Assembly (NCBI RefSeq): GCF_006345805.1
Contig: NC_043001.1
Coordinates: 32,612,001-32,676,000 of the forward strand
Origin: Octopus sinensis
Lineage: Eukaryota
Direction of reading: 5' to 3'
Length of the DNA stretch: 64,000 bases
Shown: one piece after another, positions 11,946-24,084 of the stretch
How positions within the stretch are numbered: position 1 is the first letter of the stretch
Layout of the letters: each line of letters opens with the position of its first letter
Translations under genes and position numbers: made by a program
Notes under the pieces: generated by a model
The model's database searches: none
What the model was told of the DNA's origin: nothing
The model's input: only the letters and a program-made list of their open reading frames with translations

Positions 11946-13121
11946 CACGTGGTCTAATCAATAAGTACTAGGACAGTTGCCATAGTAAAGAAGCTAAAAC
12001 ATGCAGAGTAAAGCCGCCGAGCACAAATTGACTTTGAACTCTGCTGTGCAAGCGTACTAGGAGTGGATGTGTGGTAAGTAGCTTGCTTACCAACCACATG
12101 ATTCCGGGTTCAGTCCCACTGCGTGGCACTTTGGGCAAGTGTCTTCTACTATAGCCTCGGGCCGACCAAAGCCTTGTGAGTGGATTTGGTGGACGGAAAC
12201 TGATAGAAGCCCGTCGTGTATATGTATGTGTGTGCATATGTTTGTGTGTCTGTTTGTCCCCCTTAACGTCGCTTGACAACCGATGGTGGTGTGTTTACGT
12301 CTCCTTAACTTAGTGGTTCGTCAAATGATTGAAACAAGTAAAAGAGTAAGTTTTAACGTTCTAGCTCACTTCCACTGTTTACAGAAATGCTTGGAAGGAA
12401 GGTGTGTAGCGTGTGATCGTCGCATTGACCATGACAGAGGAAGTTGAGCAGAGAATCTGCATCAAATTTTGTGCCAAAAGCTTGGCGATACCTCCTCAGA
12501 GGCTTACGCAAAATTTTCATTGTTCTCGACACGATCAAGGAAATCTTGTGCAACGGAAACCCGAGTGTGGTTTTTGTCAGCTGAAAACCGCTTTGGCACA
12601 AACTTGGCAGACACGGGTCTCATACCCAAATTTTCAGTGATAATGGACTGAACTGAACCGTAACTAATCTTCACATCCTCAAATAACTCACAGATGGTGA
12701 TTCGACGACTCCTCCTCACAACTGCACACACATCTGCGAAGTTTTTGCTCAGTTCTACAGGTTGCGGGTCTCCCAGAACGCTCGTCAATATCGACATTTT
12801 TCGGCCATCTTACAAACTATGGACCACTCGTACACTTGTGTGCGGCTCGTACACTCCTCTCGGTACACTTTCTGCAACTTTGCGTAGGCCTCTGAGCAGG
12901 TACCGTCATGACACCTTTCTGTGTCACGGTCAATGCGACAACCACATGCTACGCCCCTTCCTTCCAAGCACTGCTGTAAACAGCGGAAGAGAGCTAGAAC
13001 GTTAAAACTTATTGCGCATGCACAGCAGAGATCAAGATCAATTTTTACGAAGCGATTTCACTCTGCGTGTTTTAGCTTCGTTATTATGGCAACAGTCCAG
13101 ATACTTATTGATGAGACTTCG
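11946..13121. mobile_element. Tc1/mariner relic with two outward-facing 5' ends and transposase N-terminal fragments
   Basis: TA at both ends; arms ~80% inverted; MTEEVEQRICIKFC on +; SEAYAKLQKVYREEC...SAKFVPKRFS...RVSVAQDFLDRVENNENF on -. Confidence 0.8.
12057..12347 (+). mobile_element. SINE family A (internally deleted) inserted in the left arm of the mariner
   Basis: Interrupts the inverted-repeat alignment. Confidence 0.85.
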
Positions 13122-13240
13122 TAGTGTGTTGGATACAAAAATTTAAGAATAAAAACAAAGGGTATATCATAAAAGTTTGAAATCAGAAAATAAAATAGAC
13201 GAAATGCGAGGTTTTTTTTATAGTAAATAGTTACGAATTA

Positions 13241-13479
13241 GTATATATTTTTTTACTACCCACAAGGAGCTAAACACAGAGGGGACAAACAAGGACAGAC
13301 AAACGGATTAAGTCGATTACATCGACCCCAGAGCGTAACTGGTATTTAATTTATCGACCCCGAAAAGATGAAAGGCAAAGTCGACCTCGGCGGAATTTGA
13401 ACTCGGAACGTAACGACAGATGAAATACGGCTACGCATTTCGCCCGGCGCGCTAATGTTTCTGCCAGCTCGCCGCCTAT
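13241..13479 (-). mobile_element. SINE family D with TSD
   Basis: GGCGGCGAGCTGGCAGAAAC head; TSD TTACGAATTA. Confidence 0.85.
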
Positions 13480-13749
13480 TTACGAATTAATGTAGTGTAT
13501 TTATTACCTTCGTTCAGGTGTTCTAGTTCTGTAGCAAGTATTTATCAAAATGACGTCACTTATTGAAAATATCAGATCTGACACTCACGTAGGCCGCGAA
13601 TTTATTGGTTTTACATTATATCAGTTCTGCAAAATCCACACATTTTCCCTGTTCTTTGCTTAACATGTTACGGTGATCTTTTACTTTCTATTTATTTGTA
13701 TATTTTCAGAACAACGTAGTGAGGTTCAAATAATCATTTTTGCATTTAC

Positions 13750-13861
13750 CTTCCACTGTACGGAGAATACTTTGAATAAGTTTAGAGGAGGTGAGACCGG
13801 CCTCGTAGACGGTCGCTTCAAGTTTGCAAGACTGAAGAAGGTCGGCCACCAACACTTTTTT
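13750..13861 (-). CDS. Candidate host exon (KKVLVADLLQSCKLEATVYEAGLTSSKLIQSILRTVE), unidentified
   Basis: cttgtAG acceptor, G|GTAAAT donor, protein-like open frame; other frames and a plus-strand exon are also possible. Confidence 0.35.
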
Positions 13862-14399
13862 CTACAAGATAGGGGTAGCTTATCCTGTTCAGGGTGTATT
13901 ATTAACATTATCCTGCGTTTGAGAACTTAAAATCACTTCTTTAACTTTCTAAGACATCTCAACCCTTCTAAAGCAAACTTTGCTTGTTTGTTTACGTTCA
14001 TCGTAATTTGAATTTAATATATATACGCATATATATATATAAAATATATATACATATACATACACATATATATATGTATATGTAACACACAAATGCACGC
14101 GCGCACACGCACACAGAGGAACAAACAGATACACACACATATACATATAATGTTCATGTCCCACGAGCCGCCTTCAACTTTTTCTATCCAAATGGATCTT
14201 TCAGCCCAATATTTAAATGTTATTATTTCTAGCATTACATGTACTTCAAGATCCAGTTCCTCAAAAGTAATATATACATACCTATATACATATATATATA
14301 CATATGCATATATATATATATATATATATGCATACACATACACACATGCACGGGCACACACATTCAACCCCGACCACACGCGTATATATATATATATAC

Positions 14400-14816
14400 T
14401 TATTCTCCTATATATATATATATTCTCCTTGTCTTGTCTTTAACTGTTTTTATTTGTATTGTTTTTACTGTCCTGTTTTTGTTACCACTTTTACCCCTCC
14501 ACAAAAAATCCCAAATTTTATTTAATTTGGTTTGCGCGAAGGACTGTTTCAACGAAGTCGTGTCTCACCCTTACCTTCGAAACACGGAGTAGACGAAGCA
14601 GGGGCGGCTGAAGAAGGGGAATTTTCCTTGTGTTGTATGACTTGTACTCTGTTTATTCGTTGTTTAAAAAAATGTCTGTTTCCATGGTTTTGTTTTTATG
14701 TTTTCGTTTCTCATTGTGTTCGACATTTGTTTGGTATCCTGTACCCATATATGCATGTATATATACATATAGATGTAGGTACGTACAGATATGTATGTAT
14801 ATATGCATATGTTTTA

Positions 14817-14820
<4 letters not shown>
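14400..14820 (+). mobile_element. Interspersed element family E in (TA)n (Penelope-like LTR candidate)
   Basis: Homologous copy reversed at 38762-39200; (TA)n flanks. Confidence 0.6.
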
Positions 14821-14887
<67 letters not shown>

Positions 14888-14979
14888 TTCTAATATAAAG
14901 ATGAAATTTAAAAAAAGGTTTATCAGTGGTCAGTATATTTAAATATCTATTAAAGTGAAAATTATAAACAATTATAAAT

Positions 14980-15161
14980 AAGGGTAAAAGAAAGAAAAAA
15001 TTATATGCCAATATGCTAAAGAATAGACTTTAGACCGTCTAACCATATACAATATTTTTCACTATAAATACACAGCATGTCGAAAGACATTGTATGTTGT
15101 TAGATTATCTAAAGTCTATTTTTCAGCTTATTGGCATAGAAAACTATTTTCTTTTGCCCTT
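14980..15161. repeat. ~180-bp imperfect fold-back
   Basis: AAGGGTAAAAG...GAATAGACTTTAGA / TCTAAAGTCTATT...CTTTTGCCCTT. Confidence 0.8.
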
Positions 15162-15172
15162 AAATATATATA

Positions 15173-15566
15173 CTAGCAGTATCGCCCGGCGTTGCTCGGG
15201 TTTGTAAGGGAAATAATTATATAAGCATTTTTAGAGATGTAAAGTATAATAGCCATCTCAATATGGCTAACCACAAAGGGGGAGGAGTGTTACTGTAACT
15301 TTTTACGTTCTGAGATTTAATAATAAATTTTAGAGAGTTACTTCCCTTATATATGTCAAAAATGGATTAAAAATGGGAAAATTGATGGTAAATTTTTTTT
15401 TAAATCGTAGACTCATCGTAGACGCGCGCTAATACCCAGACGGTCTCGATATGAATCACGACTATAAGATACCCGGTTTTGGTTAAACTGCACCGCAAAA
15501 TGTGGGAGTAGTTAGGAATCTAAATCGTAGGAGACAGACACACAACCTCACTTTTATATATAAAGA
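15173..15566 (-). mobile_element. Non-autonomous Helitron
   Basis: Same 3' hairpin and CTAG as 5012-5393; TC 5' end; inserted between A and T. Confidence 0.85.
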
Positions 15567-15732
15567 TTTCCTCTATTTACATAATATTGAGGTCTCTTTC
15601 TTTCTTTTGTTATCTTACTGTTTTTACCAATATACATATATATATATATATATATATAAATATATATAGTTACAGAGATGTACTTGCATAGCAAGTGACT
15701 TGATCTGAGATCGTATGCTGGAACGAAAACAG

Positions 15733-15991
15733 TTGCAGCGTTGAAGGTGTTTATAAGCCATTTAAGAAACACACAAAAACCGTTAGATTCACTTCAACAT
15801 TTAAATTTAATTTGTCAAAATATTTTCATCGCTTTGAGACCGCGACCTGTTAGCACGATATTTTTGTCAGTGAACAGGTCGCGGTCTCAAAGCGACGAAA
15901 ATATTTTGGCAAATTAAATTTAAATGTTGAAGTGAATGTAACGGTTTTTGTGTGTTTCTTAAATGGCTTACAAACACCTTCCACGCTGCAA
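15733..15991. repeat. ~260-bp near-perfect fold-back with a 65-bp side module (module also reversed at 18433-18508)
   Basis: Arms 15733-15851 and 15873-15991; (TA)n flanks. Confidence 0.9.
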
Positions 15992-16355
15992 TATATATAT
16001 ACACACATATATATATATGTATGTATGTATGTATGTGTGTATATGTGTATGCATGTATGTGTGTGTGTGTGCGTGTCTGTGCTTGTGATTGTCCTCCACC
16101 ACTGCTTGACAACGAATGGTGGTTTGTTTACATCCCTGTCACCTAGTGGTTTGACAAAGGAAACAGATAGAATAAGTACAATGCTTACAAAAATAAAACG
16201 AGTTGATTCATTAAACTACAATTCTTCAAGGCATTGCCCCAGCATGGCCACAGACCAATGGCTGGAAAAAGCAGAAGAATAAAAGAATACATTCTCTGCT
16301 TTGGTCTTATGTTCAAGGCATGAGAAAGCTTGAGTTTACATGAGAAGGCCTAACA

Positions 16356-16835
16356 GACCTGGTAGAAACAGCAGCCAAATCTCCCTCAAATCACACCTTA
16401 CTGTCTTATGTATGCATATATATATGAGCCAATGAGGGGGACCTCTACATGGTAGCTAGACCTGGTAGAAATAGCAGCCAAATTCCCCCAAATCACACCT
16501 TACTGTCTTATCTATGTATATATGTATGTATGAGCCTATGAGGGAGACCCCTACATGGCAGCTAGACCTGGTAGAAATAGCAGCCAAATTTCCCCCAAAT
16601 CACACCTTACTGTCTTATCTATGTATATATGTATGTATGAGCCTATGAGGGAGACCCCTACATGGCAGCTAGACCTGGTAGAAATAGCAGCCAAATTTCC
16701 CCCAAATCACACCTTACTGTCTTATCTATGTATATATGTATGTATGAGCCTATGAGGGAGACCCCTACATGGCAGCTAGACATGGAAGAAATAGCAGCCA
16801 AATCTCCCTCAAATCACACCTTACTGTCTTATCTT
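16356..16835 (+). repeat. Minisatellite, ~107-bp unit x ~4.5, derived from SINE F
   Basis: Unit starts at 16356, 16459, 16565, 16672, 16779. Confidence 0.95.
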
Positions 16836-16859
16836 TCTGCTACTTGGATATAGGTGTTA

Positions 16860-17352
16860 TATTCGTCGTAAAAAACTTTCCTGTCACACACTCACTCACG
16901 CACACGCACACACACACACACACACACGCACCCTCACACACACACACACGCGCACACCCACACACACCCACTCACACACACGCACGTTAGCTTACAATTT
17001 TATTTATATATTTGCGTGTCTATGTGTTGAAAGAGGAAGTGGGAGGCAGAGTGAAAGAATCACTCACTACAGTAAGTCAATTACTTTCATTTTATTCGTT
17101 GCCCACTGTGTGTGTGCGTTTGCGTGTGGTGTAAACCAGACTAAGAAAAGCGTTTGACACACACACCAGAATGTGAGTTTTCTGTAAATTTTGCTTAATT
17201 GGAGTTTAAATTTTAAAAACTGGACGTGGCATGACGCGATACATTGTACTCTTAAAAATGCAAGGTAAATTGTAATTGAAGAAATGCTATATTGTAGATT
17301 TGTATAACTCCCAAAGGGAGGCAGATAAAATCTGCCTTTTATAATAAGAGAT
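16860..17352 (-). mobile_element. Probable Helitron-like element with internal (CA)n
   Basis: 5' TCTCTTATTATAAAAGGCAG start typical of non-autonomous Helitrons; 3' CTRR end not found. Confidence 0.35.
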
Positions 17353-17395
17353 ATATAGATATAATATGTGACAATTATTCGGTAGCCATCGGCCC

Positions 17396-17456
17396 GATAA
17401 CTGAAGAGATGCTGGCGTGGGTTTCCGCCCCGACATCTGAAACTCAGAGTTTCATC
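17396..17456 (+). ncRNA. Type I hammerhead motif (family H3) at the apex of a hairpin
   Basis: gataa-CTGAAGA-GATG..CATC-t-GAAA-CTC a GAG-TT-tcatc; stem I extended by 17373-17389/17457-17473. Confidence 0.6.
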
Positions 17457-17572
17457 ATGGCTACCGAATAATTATCATATATCATACTTACAGATAAATT
17501 CCTCTATTTAAATAATATCGAGGTCTCTTTCATTCTTTTGTTGTTTTGCCATTTTATCTATCTATCTATCTA

Positions 17573-17640
<68 letters not shown>

Positions 17641-17652
17641 GATCCATCTATA

Positions 17653-17732
<80 letters not shown>

Positions 17733-17734
17733 GA

Positions 17735-18250
17735 TAAACTTAGACATGTTTCGACCAAAGATTGGTCCAGGCAATGTCTAATTTAATAGCACCACCTGAT
17801 AGAATTATTCGAATCCTGTTTAAGTCAAGTTTTGTTCAAGTAGTGAGTTCTTGTTGGGTGAGTTGTATCCAGTTTTGTTCAGGTAGTGAGTTCTTGTTGG
17901 GTGAGTTGTATCCAATTATGGGTGGCTTATCTGGTATTCTTTGAAGGAATCTATCCAGACTCTGTTTAAATAGGGCAGGGCCTGTTGAGGAAAAGAAATT
18001 ATGTTGCAGTGTACATGTATGTTGGGATCTTGAATTGGGCAGGTATAGCCCGTGGTTCAAGTCTTGGGCAAAGTTGGCGGTATATTTTCCACATCGTACA
18101 AATGATGTACCGCTCACGGCGACGCTGGAGGGAGTAAAGTTTCAAGGCTTTAAGGCGATCCCAATAATCGAGAGCAGCCATGCCTTCAATTTGTTTAGTG
18201 AGTGCCTTCTGGGGTGACTCAATTCTGGAGATGTTTTGTCTTGTGTGAGG
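17735..18250 (-). mobile_element. CR1/L2-group LINE 3' fragment
   Basis: LDYWDRLKALKLYSLQRRRERY...FKQSLDRFLQRIPDKPP; homologous to 32900-33480. Confidence 0.85.
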
Positions 18251-18690
18251 ATATATTCTATTTCTTTCAGCTATCAGACTGCGGGCATGCTGGGGCACCA
18301 CATTGAAGATTTTCAGTTGTATAAATCACCCTAAGTATTTACTTTTTGTTAGATCTGGTGCTTATTCTGTCGGTCGCTTTTTGCTGCACCGCTAACTTAC
18401 GGGAACACGGGAACGTAAACGCACCAACATTCCATGCTGCAATTGTTTTTGTTTCAGCACACGATAGCAGAGATCAGGTCACTTGCTATGCAAGTACATC
18501 TCTGTAATATATATATATATATATTATATATATATATATCGTAAATATATGCCTGTGTATTTAGTATATGTTTGTCTGTTTATTTACTAGACGTGCTTTT
18601 GAATTATATATGTATAAATATAGGTGTCTTATTTTCCGTTTGTTGTCTTCTTTTTATTTAATACTGAAAAAAAAATACGTGTATGTATGC

Positions 18691-18728
<38 letters not shown>

Positions 18729-18770
18729 AATGCGTGTGTATATATATGTATGTATGTAAGCATGCAGATA

Positions 18771-18841
<71 letters not shown>

Positions 18842-18970
18842 TATATATAGATAGATATATAGATAGATAGATAGATAGATAGATAAATGGGGTCGGAATA
18901 TTTTAAGTCGAAGGAAAAAAGGAAATAAGAAGGCTCGAAACACGGAATGATCATGTGTGTGTGTTTTTTG

Positions 18971-19007
<37 letters not shown>

Positions 19008-19039
19008 GAGAGAAAGAGAGACAAATTGACAGAGATACG

Positions 19040-19199
19040 TATCATCATCATCATCGTCGTCGTTGTCTTCCTCGTCATCATCATCATCATCATCATCATC
19101 TTAGAAACAACAGAAATGTCGTCGAAAATAGCAACAACAACAGCAACAGCAACAACAACAACAACAACAACAACAACTACTACTACTATACTACTACTA

Positions 19200-19247
<48 letters not shown>

Positions 19248-21051
19248 CGCGACAGCGGCGATGGTGTCTGTCACTTGATTGATCCAGTTATGAATTACTT
19301 TTCGACTTGATTCATGGAACCCCCACCCTTCTCACCCGCAAACACGTTTCAAAACAATCCCCACGACCACCACCACGACCACCATCAACCCCACCACCAC
19401 CACCACCATTACCAATGCCAGCCCTGTCCATCACCTCCAACAATCGCACAAACGCCTATTGTTCTTCTCACCCCGAATCATCTCGGCCTCAATCCACCTC
19501 CAAAGCTACCCTCATCATCCGCACCGATGCCGCAGCCTCTGTTTCCCTCACCACCCCACCACCACCACCACCACCACCACCACCACACCACCATCCCACC
19601 ATCACCACCATCACCTCATCCATCACAATTATTACCACCACCACCAGTATCCCCACTACCATCACCACCTCCACCACACCATCACCACCAGCACCATCAC
19701 CACCAGCACCAGCACCACCATCCCCCACTACCACCATCCCTCCCCATCACCACTACCATTACTATCACTGTTACCATCACCATCACGACGACGATGACCA
19801 CCACCACCACCAACAACAACAATACCACTACTACCACCAATCCACTAACACCACCAACACCACCACTACCAGCACTTCCACCACCACCACCGCCACCACC
19901 ACCACTACCACCACTTCCACTAACACCACCATCACTACCACCACCACTACCACCACTACCACCACCAATACCACCACCACCACTATCACCACCATCACCA
20001 CCATTCCCCACTACCACCATCCCTCCCCATCACCACTACCATTACTATCACTGTTACCATCACCATCACGACGACGATGACCACCACCACCACCACCACC
20101 ACTTCCACTAACACCACGATCACTACCACCACCACCACCACCAATACCACCACCACCAATACCACCACCACCACCACCACCATCACCACCATTACCACCA
20201 CCAAACTGACCATCGCTACTACCGACACTACAACCATGACTACCACCACCATCGCCATCCCCACCGATGTCACCACCACCACCACCACCACTGCCACCAC
20301 TCATCTATTTCTATAACCATCATCATCAACATCATTAACCACAGCATTAATCATCAATAGCGGCTTCACTAATTATAACAAACGACTTTCATTACTATCA
20401 AAACTAAAGTCCCTGAGTGGTTGTTACACGTGCTAAATATAGCAGCCAAATCTCTCTTAAACGACACTCTGCTGCATTAAAAATAGCATAAGACTTTGGG
20501 TAATATAATCCTAGATATACTGACTGATAGAGGAGTAGGGGTTGTCATGGCTAGAATACTTTAGATCACAAGACTGCTTAACCAAACCTGACCAAGGGTT
20601 ATAAAACAGCAACAACAAGAAGAGTATCAGGACCCCATCACTTATCTTTATTATTACCACCACCACCACCAGCGACACCAGCATCAGAACCACCAGTACC
20701 AGTGACGACGCCGCCGCCACCACAAATACGACGACCGCCATCACCACCACCACCACCAACACTATCAGCATCACCATCACAACCACAACCACCACCACCA
20801 CCACAAATACAAATCACCACCACCACCACTACCTCCACCATCAGCATCAGCATCATCACCACCACCACCACCACCACCACCATCACAAATACAACCACCA
20901 TCACCATCATCACCTCCATCACAACCATCACCGCCACCACTACCAACACCACGACCACTACCACCACCACCACCACCATCATCCTCACCACCACCACCAC
21001 CAACAACACCAACACCACCACCATCATCATCATCATCATCATCACCACCAC

Positions 21052-21089
<38 letters not shown>

Positions 21090-22950
21090 CCACCACCATC
21101 AATACCATCACTACCACAACCGCCAACTACACCACCACCACCACATATATCATCACCACCATCTCAAATACTACGACCACTACCCTCGTTTCTACCACCA
21201 CCATCACCACCTCCTCCATCGTCACCATCAATAACACCACTACCACCACCACGAATAACGACAGCCCTGCCACCTTTACCATCACCACCAACACCACCAT
21301 CGCCAACATCACTACCTTTTCCACACCTTCAAAATCGTCACCTTGAATAGCACCACCACCACCACCACCACCACCACAACCAAAATCACCACCACCACCA
21401 AAACCACAACCACCACCACCACTTTCATTTCTGGGCACTGCAACCAATCACCTCCATATACAGTCGCTCTCACCCCACCCTCTTCACACTCCTATCTTCT
21501 AATACCGGCTTGAGCCAGCGGGGAAGCCTCTATGCGGATGGCCTGACCTGCTAGAAATAGCAGGCATGTACCTTTTTCTAATTACACCTCGTACTTGTCT
21601 TATATAACGAAAATCCATTACATAACGCTGTCTTACGTACGCCTTGCAAAGACGGCGATGTCACGTTTGAGATGAATTTCAAGGTAGATATTGTCTCTAT
21701 TAGGGCTGACCACGGGCTAAACATCATCATCATCATTATCATCAAGAATAAGAGAATTAAGGATGGGACCACAGAACCATTATGTAGTCGATTGAGATGC
21801 TAGAAATAACAACAGATTTTACTCAAATCACACCTTGTTTTATATATAATTATAGGACATATAGGATAAAGTAGGCCTACATACACTTTGAAAAACACGT
21901 GTTGGGCATGGCAGGAATGTCTTGGTTAATTGTGTTAGAGCAGTTCAAGGTTGACTAAAAACTAATCAAACAAATGTAATAACAAAAAAAGTCTATGAAC
22001 AAGCCTCTACGTGGTCGTTCAAACTGTTAGAAATAGCAGCTAAATATTTCCCGGATTACACCATTTTGAAAATGGAGGGATCTATTTGCTGATGTCGTTC
22101 TAGTATTATATGTAGTAGCTGGGAAATAAACGAGATTGTCATGGATGGATTGCTTTTGGTCATAGATAATATGCTCGGTCACGGCTGACTTGGGGCTAAA
22201 CAACCACGAGAACAAAAACAACAACAACAACAGCAACAATAACAATAACCGCAAGAAACGTGACCAGTAATACCATCATTGTAACCTCTACTCCTACCAC
22301 TACCACTGGCACCACCACCACCACCACCACCACTACCACCACCGCTACCATCACTAGTAACAATACGATTACTAACATTTCAACCAAATAATACAGGCAT
22401 CAAAAACCTTTAGCTATACCATCACAACCACCAACACACCCACCACCACCACCACCACCACCACCACCACCACCATCACAATCACCACCACCACCATCAT
22501 CATCATCAACAGCAACGGCAATGCCACCACCGGTGCCACCATCGGCGACACCGCCATCTCCAATGACAAGAAGAGATATACCGTCGTCACGACTACCACC
22601 ACCACCATCACCACCACCAACAACAACAACAGCAACAGCAACGCTACCACCACCACCACCACCACCACCACCATCACCACCACCACCACCACTAGCATCA
22701 ACAACAACCAACACACGGCTCAACACCACCACCACAACAACCGAGCATTCGCTTTTATAAACATCAACACCACCACCACCACCACCACCACCACCACCAC
22801 AACATAAACCATCACCACCATCTCCACTACCACATACATCACCACCACCTACACCACCATCTCCACCACCACCTACACCACCATCTCCACCACCATCTCC
22901 ACCACCATCTCCACCACCACCTACACCACCACCTACACCACCATACTGTT
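19040..22950. repeat. Degenerate C/A-rich trinucleotide fields (ACC/ATC/AAC) interleaved with SINE F fragments
   Basis: Direct reading; ~90-bp internal duplication at 19724 and 20006. Confidence 0.9.
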
Positions 22951-23030
22951 ATGCTTCACTTTCTCTCTTTGACTCTCTCTCTGAATCCCTCTGTCTGACT
23001 CTCATTCTCTAACTCTCTCTCTCTCTCTCT

Positions 23031-23130
23031 NNNNNNNNNNNNNNNNNNNNNNNNNNNNNNNNNNNNNNNNNNNNNNNNNNNNNNNNNNNNNNNNNNNNNN
23101 NNNNNNNNNNNNNNNNNNNNNNNNNNNNNN
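23031..23130. other. Assembly gap (100 N)
   Basis: Run of N flanked by (CT)n and (GA)n. Confidence 1.
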
Positions 23131-23249
23131 GAGAGAGAAGGCGGAAGAAAAGATGAAAGGATTTGTAAATTAAAAAAAAATTCCATTGAATAGAGATAAT
23201 TTTTTTTCTAACAGGTTTGGTCATGTGAGGAAACGAAGAGGAAGTGGAA

Positions 23250-24060
23250 GGAACTATAAGAGGAACAGTGGTATTGGTGCTGGTATTGTTTCATAAGGGT
23301 GTTGGTGGAGATAGTGGTAGATACGGTGACTGTGGTGTTGGGGGTGGTGATGGTGTCAGTGGTGATGTTGATGGTGATGGTAGTGGCGGTGAGGGTGATG
23401 GTAGTGCTGTTGACGGGGGTGATGGTATTGGTTGTGGTGGTGGTGGTGGTGGTGATGTTGAAGGGTGTGATGGTATTGGTTGTGGTGGTGGTGTTGGTGG
23501 TGGCGGTAGTGGTGATGGTGATGGTGATGGTAGTGATGTTGACGGGGGTGATGGTGTTGGTGGTGATGGGGTGGTGGTGGTGGTGGTGGCGGTGGTTGGA
23601 GTGGTGGTTGAGGGTACTGGTAGTGGTGGTGGTGGTGATGTTGGTGCTGGTAGTGGTGGTGGTTGTAGTGGTTGTTGTTGTAGTTGTGATGGTAGTGGTG
23701 GTGGTGGCAGTGGTGGTGGTTGTAGTAGTTGTGATGGTGGTGGTGGTGATGTTGACGGAGGTGATGGTGTTGGTTGTGGTGTTGTGGTGGTGATGGTGGT
23801 AGTGGTGATGGTGATGGTGGTTGTGGTGGTTGAGGGTACTGGTAGTGGTGCTGGTGGTGATATTGATGGTGGTGGTGATGGTGGGTGCTGGTAGTAGTGG
23901 TGGTGATTGTAGTGGTTGTTGTTGTAGTGGTTGTCATCGTGGGTGGTGGTGATGTTGGAGGTATTGTTGCTGTTGATGGTGTTGGTGGTAGTGGTGTTGA
24001 TGGTACCGGTGGTTGTGATGGTGGTGGTGGTGATAACACTGATGTTAGAGCTAATGATAG
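23250..24060. repeat. Degenerate (GGT)n field with internal duplications
   Basis: Direct reading. Confidence 0.95.
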
Positions 24061-24084
24061 TTAACAATTGTGTTACAATATTCG

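Noticed and set aside
13710-13790. Plus-strand exon alternative (EQRSEVQIIIFAFTFHC...)
   Set aside because: Splice signals are good, but it overlaps a more protein-like minus-strand frame and cannot be resolved without RNA data.
14535-14630. HHR-like pieces in family E (CCTTCGAAAC..GTA and CTGAAGAAGGGG; also 38975-39065)
   Set aside because: Stem I does not pair in a type II layout, and the type I layout needs a core reading TGCGCGA or CGCGGGA.
16356-16835. Regularly spaced repeats (CRISPR-like)
   Set aside because: The spacers are identical, the context is eukaryotic and no cas genes are present; this is a tandem minisatellite.
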